NCBI GenBank assembly: GCA_046758705.1
Contig: JBHIAT010000010.1
Span: 1 to 42,985, forward strand
DNA length: 42,985 bases
From: Candidatus Bipolaricaulia bacterium
GTDB taxonomy: Bacteria > Bipolaricaulota > Bipolaricaulia > JBHIAT01
Direction: 5' to 3'
Shown here: positions 18,209-26,876 of the stretch, one piece after another
How the letters are laid out: every line of letters begins with the position of its first letter
Position numbering within the stretch: position 1 is the stretch's first letter
Translations under genes and position numbers: made by a program
The notes under the pieces: model-generated
What the model saw: only the letters and a program-made list of their open reading frames with translations
What the model was told of the DNA's origin: nothing
The model's database searches: none

Positions 18209-19219
18209 TTAACGGAACGGCATGGCGTATAGAAGCCCGCCCTGGGTCCACAGCTGGTTCACACCGCGCGGCAGGCCGATGGGCGTGAGGTTCCGTGTGA
18301 AGATCTCGGCATAGTTGCCGACGGCAGCAATGATGTTCCGGGCCCAGTCGTCCGACAGACCGAGCTTCTCTCCCATATCACCCGACACTCCCAGGAACCG
18401 CTGAACCTCCGGGTTAAAGGTGGTGAAGGTGTTGACGTTCGCTTGGGTAATACCATGCTCCTCGGCGAAGAACGTGGCATAGACCACCCAGCTTACCACA
18501 TCGTTCCACGGGTTGTCGCCGTGGATCGTCAACGGGCCCAACGGCTCCTTGGAGATGGTGGGAGCCAGGATCTCGTGAGCATCCGGATTACTGAAGACGG
18601 TCCGCCGGGCAGCCAGCTGGGACTTGTCGCTGGTGACGGCGTCGCATCGTCCCTGCTCGTAGCCGTTGTAAACGGTGTCAATCTCTTCGAACACCACCGG
18701 GGTGAACGGGACGCCCAGCGCCCGCATCGTGTCGGCCAGGTTCAGCTCGGTGGTCGTCCCCGAGGTCACGCAGATACTCGCTCCGGCCAGATCCTCCAGT
18801 GCTTTGATGCCGAGGGCCTTGGGTACCATGAAGCCCTGGCCGTCGTAGAAGGTCGTCGGGGCGAAGTCGGCCCCCACCCGGGAATCTCGGGTCAGGGTCC
18901 AGGTGGTGTTCCGGATCAACACGTCGATCTCACCAGTCTGCAAGGCGGTAAACCGCTCCGCAGCCGTCAACGGGACGAACTCCACCTTGCTGGGATCCCC
19001 CAACACAGCGGCGGCGATAGCTCGGCAGTAGTCGGCATCAAAGCCGTTCCAGCTGCCGTCCGGGCTGAGGAAGCTGAACCCCGGCAACCCGCCGTTCACC
19101 CCGCAGATCAGCCGACCCCGGGCCTTCACCCGGTCCATTACCTGTGCGCTGCTCGCCAGCGCAACGACCAACACCAGCACCAACGCCAGCAGCGAAGCTT
19201 TGACCCAAATTCTACGCAT
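18209..19219 (-). CDS. aapJ: general L-amino acid ABC transporter substrate-binding protein
   Basis: RGRLICGVNGGLPGFS, RNTTWTLTRD, FYDGQGF, GTTTELN, ISKEPLGP, GGLLYAMPFR; start ATG 19219 behind AGGAGG. Confidence 0.93.
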   Translation of the reverse strand: MRRIWVKASLLALVLVLVVALASSAQVMDRVKARGRLICGVNGGLPGFSFLSPDGSWNGFDADYCRAIAAAVLGDPSKVEFVPLTAAERFTALQTGEIDVLIRNTTWTLTRDSRVGADFAPTTFYDGQGFMVPKALGIKALEDLAGASICVTSGTTTELNLADTMRALGVPFTPVVFEEIDTVYNGYEQGRCDAVTSDKSQLAARRTVFSNPDAHEILAPTISKEPLGPLTIHGDNPWNDVVSWVVYATFFAEEHGITQANVNTFTTFNPEVQRFLGVSGDMGEKLGLSDDWARNIIAAVGNYAEIFTRNLTPIGLPRGVNQLWTQGGLLYAMPFR

Positions 19220-19387
19220 GAAAGACCTCCTTATGATAGGTTTTTTATCGGAAGACGGCGCTTCCAAGGAAATCGAGCCATCACCTCCCTCGTCTGCACT
19301 GTGAGTAAGCTAAGTATAGCATGGACAGAGGAGGCGTTCAAATTGCTTTGTTTTCCCTGCGATCAGCATGTTAGAATCTTTGACGAA

Positions 19388-20329
19388 ATGATCCACCGAT
19401 TGATCATCGACACGGACACCGCCACGGATGATGCGCTGGCGCTGCTGATGGCGCTCAGCTGGCCCGATACCCAGGTGGAGGCGGTCACGATTGTGGCCGG
19501 CAACGTCAACTTCGATCAGCAGGTCGAGAATGCGCTGTACACGATCGAACTCGCCGGAATGGGGGGAGAGGTTCCCGTCTACCCCGGCAGCCGGCAACCG
19601 TTGATGCGCCCGCTGGTCAGCGTGCCAGAGGTCCACGGAGAGGATGGGATGGGGAACTCCTCCTATCCCCAGGCGAAGCAGCGTCCCGAATCTCAACATG
19701 CCGTCGACGCCCTCATCGAACGGATCACCGCCGCCCCGGGTGAGATCACGTTGGTGGCGATCGGCCCGCTGACCAACATCGCGATGGCGCTGCACCGTGA
19801 GCCGGCGATCGCCAAACAGGTTCGCGAGGTCTATATCATGGGCGGAACCAATCAGGCACTGGGGAACATCACCCCGGCGACCGAGTACAACATCTGGGTC
19901 GACCCGGAAGCAGCCAAGATCGTCTTCCACTCCGGGATGTCGATGACTATGGTCGGTTGGGAGATCTGCACCCGGCATGCGTTCTTCGATGAGGCAGAGC
20001 AGACGCGCATCCGAGAGATGGACACGCCCAAAGCCCGGTTCTTCACCGAGATCAACCGGGTGATCGTCGAGTTCAACCGCGTGCGTCACGGGATCGGGGG
20101 GACGACCCATCCCGACTCGATCACTGTGGTCATCGCCCTCGATCCGACGGTGGCGACCGACGTCCGGGAACGACACGTCGATGTGGAGACGAAGGGTGAG
20201 CTGACCCAGGGGATGACCGTCGTCGATGACCTCGGTGTCCTGGGCAAAGCGCCGAACCTCAAGGTCTGCTACGCGGCCGACGGCGACCGGTTCCGTGAGC
20301 ACTTCTTCCGGATGTTGGCCTCGGTTTGA
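19388..20329 (+). CDS. inosine/uridine-preferring nucleoside hydrolase family protein
   Basis: IIDTDTATDDA, VHGEDGMG, IGPLTNIA, IMGG..GNITPATEYNIWVDPEAA; true start 19388, not 18443. Confidence 0.93.
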   Translation: MIHRLIIDTDTATDDALALLMALSWPDTQVEAVTIVAGNVNFDQQVENALYTIELAGMGGEVPVYPGSRQPLMRPLVSVPEVHGEDGMGNSSYPQAKQRPESQHAVDALIERITAAPGEITLVAIGPLTNIAMALHREPAIAKQVREVYIMGGTNQALGNITPATEYNIWVDPEAAKIVFHSGMSMTMVGWEICTRHAFFDEAEQTRIREMDTPKARFFTEINRVIVEFNRVRHGIGGTTHPDSITVVIALDPTVATDVRERHVDVETKGELTQGMTVVDDLGVLGKAPNLKVCYAADGDRFREHFFRMLASV

Positions 20330-20403
20330 CACCGAAGCGCTATACCGAGTAGAATGGCGTTCGGTGGCAGGTTACCACCCAAAAAATATTCAGGGGGAGG
20401 TCT

Positions 20404-21588
20404 ATGATGAGCAAGGTTTTCACAACCTTAGGGGTAGCGCTTGTGGCCGTTATGGCCGGGATCTGGCTGGGAGGTGGGGTGGCCCATGCCCAGAATCAGA
20501 TGTGCATCGTTTTCGACATCGGCGGGCGGGGCGACCTGAGCTTCAACGACATGGCCGCCCTGGGCGGCGATCTGGCTGTACAGGAGATCGGTATGTTTCA
20601 GCGGCTGGTCGAGGTTCAGAGCAACACCCAGGCGGACTACCTGCCGAACCTTAGGACGCTCTCTCGACGCCGGAGTTGTGGGCTGATCGTCGGTGTCGGG
20701 TTCCTGTTGACCGATGCAATGATCACCGTCGCTGATGAGTTCCCGAACCAGAAGTTCGCGATCATCGACGGGTTTGTCCCCGACAAACCTAACGTGCTCA
20801 GCGTTCTGTACAAGGAGAACGAGGGAAGCGCGCTCGTCGGGGTGCTCGCGGCGCTGATCGCGGCCGAATACGACGCTGACTCAGTCGGGGTGGTTCTGGG
20901 GATCGAGATCCCGATCCTGTGGAAGTTCGAGGTCGGCTACAAGTGGGGTGTCGCATGGGCGGAGACCTGGTTTAAGCACCGATTCAATCGAGATCTCGAT
21001 GTCAACGTCCAGTGGGTTTACACCGGCTCGTTCAGCGATCCGGCTCTCGGGCTGTCCGCCGCTGAAGTTCAACTGAGACAGGGTGCGATCGTCCTCTACA
21101 ACGTGGCCGGCCAAGTCGGTCTGGGGATGTTCGAGGCGGTGGCGGCCGAGGGGCGTGCCCAAGGCCGGACGATGGGGCCGCCGTTCGCGATCGGTGTGGA
21201 CGCTGATCAGGACTATATCGAACCGGGCTTCATCGTCGCCAGCATGATGAAGCGGGTGGACATGGGCGTGCTCACCGCCGCCCGACTGGTGGCGAGCGGT
21301 GAGTTCGAAGGAGGCATTCTGGAGCTCGGTCTGAACGAAGGCGGCATCGCCGTCAGCAAAGTCGAGGATATCGAAACCTTCCTGCGCCTCGGTGTCCAAG
21401 CAGGAACGGTCGAGGCGGAGGATAGTGCCCAGATCATCGAGACCGTTCTGCAGATGCGTCTGGCGCTGCCCCCGTTTATCTTCGACGCGGTTGCCGAACT
21501 GGAGGACTTCATCCGGTCGGGCTTGATCGAGGTTCCTCTGGTCGTCACCCCTGACGAGATCGAGCGATACAGGAACATTTTCGGTTAA
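20404..21588 (+). CDS. BMP family ABC substrate-binding protein (nucleoside)
   Basis: GGRGDLSFNDMA, IVGVGF, ENEGSALVG, IGVDADQ, SMMKRVD. Confidence 0.92.
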   Translation: MMSKVFTTLGVALVAVMAGIWLGGGVAHAQNQMCIVFDIGGRGDLSFNDMAALGGDLAVQEIGMFQRLVEVQSNTQADYLPNLRTLSRRRSCGLIVGVGFLLTDAMITVADEFPNQKFAIIDGFVPDKPNVLSVLYKENEGSALVGVLAALIAAEYDADSVGVVLGIEIPILWKFEVGYKWGVAWAETWFKHRFNRDLDVNVQWVYTGSFSDPALGLSAAEVQLRQGAIVLYNVAGQVGLGMFEAVAAEGRAQGRTMGPPFAIGVDADQDYIEPGFIVASMMKRVDMGVLTAARLVASGEFEGGILELGLNEGGIAVSKVEDIETFLRLGVQAGTVEAEDSAQIIETVLQMRLALPPFIFDAVAELEDFIRSGLIEVPLVVTPDEIERYRNIFG

Positions 21589-21643
21589 TATATAATATAG
21601 TAGCAGCACAGATTCGAAGACTTCGATCTGACTGTGGTCGTAG

Positions 21644-23266
21644 ATGACAACACAACAGGTAGATGACCGCATCTCCCCCAATCGTGTCTCTGTGGGGAAG
21701 ATGCGGTCTATCACCAAGGTCTATCCCGATGGCACCGTCGCGCTTCGCGGTGCCAACTTCGACTTCGTCGCCAGTGAGATTCACGGTCTGTTGGGTGAGA
21801 ACGGCGCCGGCAAGACGACGTTGATGAAGATCCTCTCCGGGTTGCTGCGTCCAACCGAGGGGGAGATCTATCTGCGCGGACAACCGGTCCGATTCAAGAG
21901 CCCGCTGGACGCGCTTAGGGCAGGCATCGGGATCATTCACCAACACTTTGCCCTCGTCCCCACGTTTACGGCACTGGAGAACATCGTTCTCGGTCAGGAA
22001 AACGGTGGATCCTTCTCACTCCTTGACGAAAAACAGGCGAAAGACCGACTGATGGCGGTGATGGAGGAGGGCGGCCTGCGCGCCCCCCTGGACGTTCCGG
22101 TCGAGCTCCTGCCGGTCGGCGTCCAGCAACGCGTCGAGATCTTGAAACAGCTCTATCGCGACGTCGACATCCTGATCCTCGACGAGCCCACCTCGGTGTT
22201 GACGCCGATCGAGGTAGAGGAGCTGTTCCAAATGCTGAAAAAATTTAAACGCACCGGCAAAACGGTGATCTTCATCACCCACAAGCTCAAAGAGGTGTTA
22301 GAGATCACCGATCGGATCACCGTCCTGAGGGGAGGCCAAGTCGTGGGAAACGTGCCCACCGTCGAGACCACACCCCAGAAGTTGGCCACGATGATGGTCG
22401 GGCGTGAGGTGCTGCCGTCGGTCAAAAAGGAGGAGGCTACCCCTGGGGAGCCGGTGCTGACCGTGGAAAACCTCCAGGTGGTGGACGACCTTGACAGTTT
22501 GGCGGTCAACGACATCTCCTTCGAGGTACGAGCTGGGGAGATCTTCGGGATCGCCGGTGTTGAAGGAAACGGTCAGACCGAACTCGTCGAGGCGCTCACC
22601 GGACTGCGCGCTCCGTTAAACGGCCGGGTGTCCATCGACGACACCGACATCTCTGGCAAGGGTCCCAGAGATCTCTATCGCCTGGGGCTCGCCCACATCC
22701 CTGAAGATCGCAGGAAGCTCGGGCTGATCCTCGATTTCAGCGTCGCGGAGGACAGCATCCTCGGGACACACCGGGATATGCGGTTTCGAAGCAGCCTGAG
22801 GAATCTTCTTTGGAATCGAATCTACGACTATGCGCGCAGGTTGATTCGAAGATTTGCGATCATCGCTCCCTCGGTGAGAACTCAGGTGAAATCGTTGAGC
22901 GGAGGGAATCAGCAGAAGCTCGTCGTCGGCCGAGAGCTCGACAAACGGCCGAAGCTGGTGGTCGCTGCGCAACCGACCCGAGGATTGGACGTCGCTGCCA
23001 CCCAATACATTCGCGATCTGCTCGTCAACATACGGGATGAGAGGAAGGCCATCCTGCTGGTGTCTGCTGATCTGGACGAGGTCATGCAGTTGAGCGATCG
23101 GATCGCGGTGATCTACGAAGGCGAGTTCCTGAACATCCTGGAGGCTGAAGTGTTCGATCGGGAGCAGATCGGGATGATGATGGGAGGGGTGAAAGGGGTC
23201 GGGGAAGAGATCGGTGAAACTGAAACCGCAGGCCAAGTGGATGTGGATAAGGAGCGGGCCCGATGA
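21644..23266 (+). CDS. nucleoside/sugar ABC transporter ATP-binding protein (two ATPase domains)
   Basis: GENGAGKTT, ILDEPT, GVEGNGQ, LSGGNQQK, QPTRGLD. Confidence 0.93.
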   Translation: MTTQQVDDRISPNRVSVGKMRSITKVYPDGTVALRGANFDFVASEIHGLLGENGAGKTTLMKILSGLLRPTEGEIYLRGQPVRFKSPLDALRAGIGIIHQHFALVPTFTALENIVLGQENGGSFSLLDEKQAKDRLMAVMEEGGLRAPLDVPVELLPVGVQQRVEILKQLYRDVDILILDEPTSVLTPIEVEELFQMLKKFKRTGKTVIFITHKLKEVLEITDRITVLRGGQVVGNVPTVETTPQKLATMMVGREVLPSVKKEEATPGEPVLTVENLQVVDDLDSLAVNDISFEVRAGEIFGIAGVEGNGQTELVEALTGLRAPLNGRVSIDDTDISGKGPRDLYRLGLAHIPEDRRKLGLILDFSVAEDSILGTHRDMRFRSSLRNLLWNRIYDYARRLIRRFAIIAPSVRTQVKSLSGGNQQKLVVGRELDKRPKLVVAAQPTRGLDVAATQYIRDLLVNIRDERKAILLVSADLDEVMQLSDRIAVIYEGEFLNILEAEVFDREQIGMMMGGVKGVGEEIGETETAGQVDVDKERAR

Positions 23267-24393
23267 GCTCCAGCTCTAACCGTTTGTTAACCTTGTGGAG
23301 GGGCTCCAGGCCGATGGCTGAGGTGGCTGTCGCCTCTCTGCTTGGGTTGATCATCGGTGCGATATTGATGGCCATCTGGGGCTTCAATCCGTTCGAAGCC
23401 TATCTCGCCCTGTTCCAGGGCGCGTTTGGAGATCGATATGCGATCACCACAACGTTGGCCGATGCGACTCCACTCATCCTCACCGGTCTCACGTTTGCCA
23501 TCGGCGTACGAGCCGGGCTGTTCAACATCGGGGCCCAGGGCCAGATGCTCGTGGGCGCCGCCGCCGCTGTCTCTGCGAGCCTGTTTACACTGCCGCCCGG
23601 CATCCACATTCTGGTTGCCCTGGCGTTCGGCATGATCGCCGGTGCGGTCTGGAGCCTGCCGGCTTCGATTCTCAAGATCACTCGGGGTGTCCATGAGGTC
23701 ATCTCGACGATTATGCTCAACTGGGTGGCGTGGTTCTTTGCCCTGTACGCGATCTCGAACCTGTTGGTCGACCCCAGCCGGGCGGAGAAGTCGATCAGCA
23801 TCGTCCCCAGCTCACGGTTTCCCCTGTTGATGCAGGGGTCGGATCTGAGCGCCGCCATATTTGCGAGCGTGGTCTTTGCTATCATCATCTACTTTATCCT
23901 GTGGCATCTGCCTCGGGGATACGAGATCAGAGGGGTCGGCCTCAACCCGGATGCGTCGCGTTATGCGGGCGTCAGTCAGTGGACTACCACCAACCTCGCG
24001 TTCGTGCTCGGCGGGTTCGCCGCCGGCTTGGCCGGGGCCACCCAGGTGCTGGGCAGACCCCCCACATTCGCCCTCTTCGGAGACCTTTCGAACCTGGCCA
24101 ACCTGGGGTTCGACGGGATCGCGGTCGCGCTCATCGGGAGAAACCACCCGATCGGGATCCTGTTTTCTGCGGTATTCTTCGGCGCGCTGACAACGGGCGC
24201 CCGGCTGATGCAGATTCAGGCGGGGGTGCCACTGGAGATGGTCCGGGCGGTTCAAGGGGCGATCATCATCGCGGTGGCCATCCCCGAGCTGCTGGGTCTG
24301 TTCAACCGGCTTCGGCGTCGGAGCAGGAGGGGGACGGAAGGTGCTGAGGCTAAAGCTGAAGCGACCGAAGAAGCTGAAACCATTCGCGGGTGA
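23263..24393 (+). CDS. nucleoside ABC transporter permease 1
   Basis: TPLILTGL, GLFNIGAQGQ, HEVISTIMLN, GFDGIAVALIGRNHP. Confidence 0.92.
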   Translation: MSSSSNRLLTLWRGSRPMAEVAVASLLGLIIGAILMAIWGFNPFEAYLALFQGAFGDRYAITTTLADATPLILTGLTFAIGVRAGLFNIGAQGQMLVGAAAAVSASLFTLPPGIHILVALAFGMIAGAVWSLPASILKITRGVHEVISTIMLNWVAWFFALYAISNLLVDPSRAEKSISIVPSSRFPLLMQGSDLSAAIFASVVFAIIIYFILWHLPRGYEIRGVGLNPDASRYAGVSQWTTTNLAFVLGGFAAGLAGATQVLGRPPTFALFGDLSNLANLGFDGIAVALIGRNHPIGILFSAVFFGALTTGARLMQIQAGVPLEMVRAVQGAIIIAVAIPELLGLFNRLRRRSRRGTEGAEAKAEATEEAETIRG

Positions 24394-24403
24394 GGTGAGC
24401 TAA

Positions 24404-25306
24404 ATGGGCACGGACATTATCAATCTCATCTTCTTGGCGCTCCCTGCGATGGTCCCGATCACCTTGACGGCTGTCGGGGAGATCTTTGGGGAGCGGGCCG
24501 GCATGGTCAACATCGGTCTGGAAGGGATCATGTTGATCAGCGCCTTTACCGGGGTGATTGGAGCGGATTTCTCCGGAAGTCCGATTGTCGGTCTGCTCGC
24601 TGGCCTGGGCACCGGTGCTGTCATCGGCCTGTTACACGGCGTGATCGGCATCTATCTGAAGGGTGACCAGATCATCAGCGGGGTGGGAATCAACATCTTC
24701 GCTCTGGGCTTTGTCGCGTTCGGTCTCATCGCCGTCTGGAAGGTCGCCGGCTATCACCAAGTCCCCAAAGACGCCCGGGTGCCGGCGTTGTTCCATAATA
24801 CCCGGTTTGGAGACTTAAGCCCGATGGTCATCGTGACCCTGGTGATTGCTGTTGCCGTCTACTTTATACTCAATCGGACGGTGATCGGGCTGCGGGTGAA
24901 GGCAGTGGGAGAAAACCCGGAGGCCGCCGATGTCGCCGGGATCAAGGTCGAACGGGTGAGGCTGATGGCCACGGTCTTCGGCGCCGCGCTCGCCGGCCTC
25001 GCCGGCGCTTACCTGAGCGTCGACTGGATCGGCTCAATCACCAGGCAACTGCCGGCCGGGCGCGGGTTTATCGCCCTGGCGACCGTCGTCTTCAGCCGGT
25101 TGAATCCGCTGCTCGCCGTGGCCGGTGGGTTTATCTTCGGCTTCTTTTGGGCATTAGGACTCTGGGTCCAGAACCTGCCTGATATCATCGTCCCGTACCA
25201 ATTCGTCCAGATGCTCCCGTACGTAGCCACCCTGGTGGTCGTCGCCGGGGTGATCGGCCGGGCGCGGTTCCCCAGTGCGATTGCCCAACCCTACCGCCGC
25301 GAGTAG
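24404..25306 (+). CDS. nucleoside ABC transporter permease 2
   Basis: ERAGMVNIGLEG, AVGENPEAADVAGI, AGRGFIALA, MLPYVATL. Confidence 0.92.
   Translation: MGTDIINLIFLALPAMVPITLTAVGEIFGERAGMVNIGLEGIMLISAFTGVIGADFSGSPIVGLLAGLGTGAVIGLLHGVIGIYLKGDQIISGVGINIFALGFVAFGLIAVWKVAGYHQVPKDARVPALFHNTRFGDLSPMVIVTLVIAVAVYFILNRTVIGLRVKAVGENPEAADVAGIKVERVRLMATVFGAALAGLAGAYLSVDWIGSITRQLPAGRGFIALATVVFSRLNPLLAVAGGFIFGFFWALGLWVQNLPDIIVPYQFVQMLPYVATLVVVAGVIGRARFPSAIAQPYRRE
25198..25305 (+). repeat. 108-bp direct repeat, copy 1 (3' end of permease gene)
   Basis: 106/108 identical to 26196..26303. Confidence 0.95.
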
Positions 25307-25386
25307 GAAGTATTGACACTCTTCCCGCTGAAGCGAGGATAGCTTGACATTGAACTTCCCTCTTAACTGCTTTATTCTGATTTCAC

Positions 25387-25962
25387 ATGCAAAAGCTCTA
25401 CTGCTATGTTGATGAAACTGGCCAAGATACCAAAGGTGCCTTTTTCCTTGTGGTTGTGTTGATTATTTCAAAAGGCACCATCTATCATCTTGAAAAGCAG
25501 CTTGAGCAGATTGAGCAAAATAGCGGCAAGCGAGCTTTGAAATGGAAAGCCACTAGTTTCCCTCGTCGTCAGGCTTACCTCAGATACATCCTTGAACTTG
25601 AAGATCTCAAAGAGAGCATTTTTTACAGTACCTTTACTGATACTGAAACCAAGGACTACACCACCTTAACAGCTCGGGTAATTATCCAGGGAATCCGAGC
25701 TAAAGCTACACCTCCATACCAAGCTAACGTTTTTATTGACGGCCTCAATGATGCTGAGCGGGTTAAGGTCCGACGCCTCCTGAAACAAGCTCAAGTCAGC
25801 TATCGGACAGTCCGAGGTTTAAGAGACGAGAGCAGTGCTCTGATCCGCCTGTGTGATACTTTAGCTGGTCTACTTCGAGACTACGAAGAGGGCAATCCCT
25901 ACACCAAGCCCCTGATAGCCAAGCTTAGGAGAAGGAAGATGATTATGAAAGTTAAAGTGTAG
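25387..25962 (+). CDS. DUF3800 domain protein (predicted RNase H-like fold)
   Basis: N-terminal YCYVDETG, central FIDG and C-terminal DESSALIRLCDTLAG; lower GC than the flanks; TTGAAC-17-TATTCT 8 nt upstream of ATG. Confidence 0.8.
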   Translation: MQKLYCYVDETGQDTKGAFFLVVVLIISKGTIYHLEKQLEQIEQNSGKRALKWKATSFPRRQAYLRYILELEDLKESIFYSTFTDTETKDYTTLTARVIIQGIRAKATPPYQANVFIDGLNDAERVKVRRLLKQAQVSYRTVRGLRDESSALIRLCDTLAGLLRDYEEGNPYTKPLIAKLRRRKMIMKVKV

Positions 25963-25964
25963 GT

Positions 25965-26097
25965 AAAAAGCAAACGGCCCAGCTGTCTTGGCTGGGCCAC
26001 CCATCATAGGCTTGGTGAATACCAGAGGCCATAGATGGCTGCTCCTATCTCCGACATTACATCGGAGCACCCGCCATACGGTCGGTATTCGGAGATC
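25965..26097 (-). ncRNA. structured ~130-nt ncRNA convergent with the DUF3800 gene
   Basis: Own promoter (26104..26132); hairpins at 26001..26038 and 26040..26069; potential GAATACC/GGTATTC pairing; terminator stem 25976..25998 plus T tract. Confidence 0.7.
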
Positions 26098-26103
26098 ACT
26101 ATT

Positions 26104-26132
26104 ATTCTATATCTATCATCTGGCTCTGTCAA
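26104..26132 (-). promoter_or_regulatory. sigma70-type promoter of the ncRNA
   Basis: TTGACA-17 bp-TAGAAT. Confidence 0.75.
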
Positions 26133-26195
26133 GAACTGGGGATAAAACGCTGACATCGTAACTTAATCAGCAGAACCAGAACGATATCATCTCGC

Positions 26196-26303
26196 CCAAT
26201 TCGTTCAGATGCTCCCGTACGTAGCCACCCTGGTGGTCGTCGCCGGGGTGATCGGCCGGGCGCGGTTCCCCAGTACGATTGCCCAACCCTACCGCCGCGA
26301 GTA
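26196..26303 (+). repeat. 108-bp direct repeat, copy 2 (displaced permease 3' end)
   Basis: 106/108 identical to 25198..25305; ends in TAA rather than TAG. Confidence 0.95.
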
Positions 26304-26317
26304 AGACGCCCCATGGC

Positions 26318-26465
26318 AGTCATAACGCCCGTCGCGAAGCATGTAGAAGTCCACCCGCTTCTCCTCCGGATCAAGGAGCCAGTACTCCTGGACACCGCCC
26401 ATCTCGTACTCGGCGAACTTTTCGCCGCGATCGCGCAGCCGGCTCTCCGGAGAGATGATCTCGAT
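26318..26465 (-). pseudogene. Uma2 (DUF820) family endonuclease fragment
   Basis: Manual translation IEIISPESRLRDRGEKFAEYEMGGVQEYWLLDPEEKRVDFYMLRDGRYD; not in the ORF track; truncated at both ends. Confidence 0.8.
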
Positions 26466-26766
26466 AAAGAATCGGCCAAGGGGACCGTCCCCGTTCAGGG
26501 GGGCGGGGGAATTGGCCGCAGAAAATAGCGCTTTTGCCCTTCCCTTGACCTTCGCCTCCCTTTCGTTGTATACTCAACTTGGCGCAGAGGCTCGAAACCT
26601 GGCGCGGACTGGTCAAGCCCAGTCCGCTCTTTGACATAGAGTTGGTCGGGGGTTCTTGGGTAAAACCAACGGGGTGTCTGCGGTAGAGCACACACTTTGG
26701 GTTGGGAACCAGCCCGCAGCTTCGAGCTGCTTGAAGCTGTCTTCCTTCAGGGGGACAGTAGTTCAC
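26466..26766 (+). mobile_element. non-autonomous IS200/IS605-family miniature element with internal promoter and omegaRNA-like 3' region
   Basis: Left-end hairpin GGCCAAGGGGACCGTCCCCGTTCAGGGGGGCGGGGGAATTGGCC following TCGAT; right end GAAGCTGTCTTCCTTCAGGGGGACAGTAGTTCAC; TTGACC-18-TATACT inside; no transposase or tnpB ORF. Confidence 0.62.
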
Positions 26767-26876
26767 CATCTTACCTCTTCGCTAAAGGATCACTTCTATC
26801 ATACCAAAGCAAGGACAAGGTCACTAATGATTTTTCCCACCTTCTAAGGCAGATCCCAGAGCCAGACACCGGGACG

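Noticed and set aside
18443-19387. N-terminal 315 aa of the 628-aa ORF, suggesting a novel fusion to nucleoside hydrolase
   Set aside because: It is the antisense shadow of aapJ; hydrolase homology starts at ATG 19388.
25198-26303. Direct repeats as prophage attL/attR
   Set aside because: Only ~0.9 kb lies between them, with no integrase or phage genes; kept as an unexplained duplication.
26575-26766. Hairpin cluster considered as tRNA, CRISPR array, riboswitch or rRNA leader (boxA-like GCTCTTTGACA)
   Set aside because: No cloverleaf with T-loop/CCA, no repeat-spacer periodicity and no downstream rRNA; IS200/IS605-type ends explain it better.
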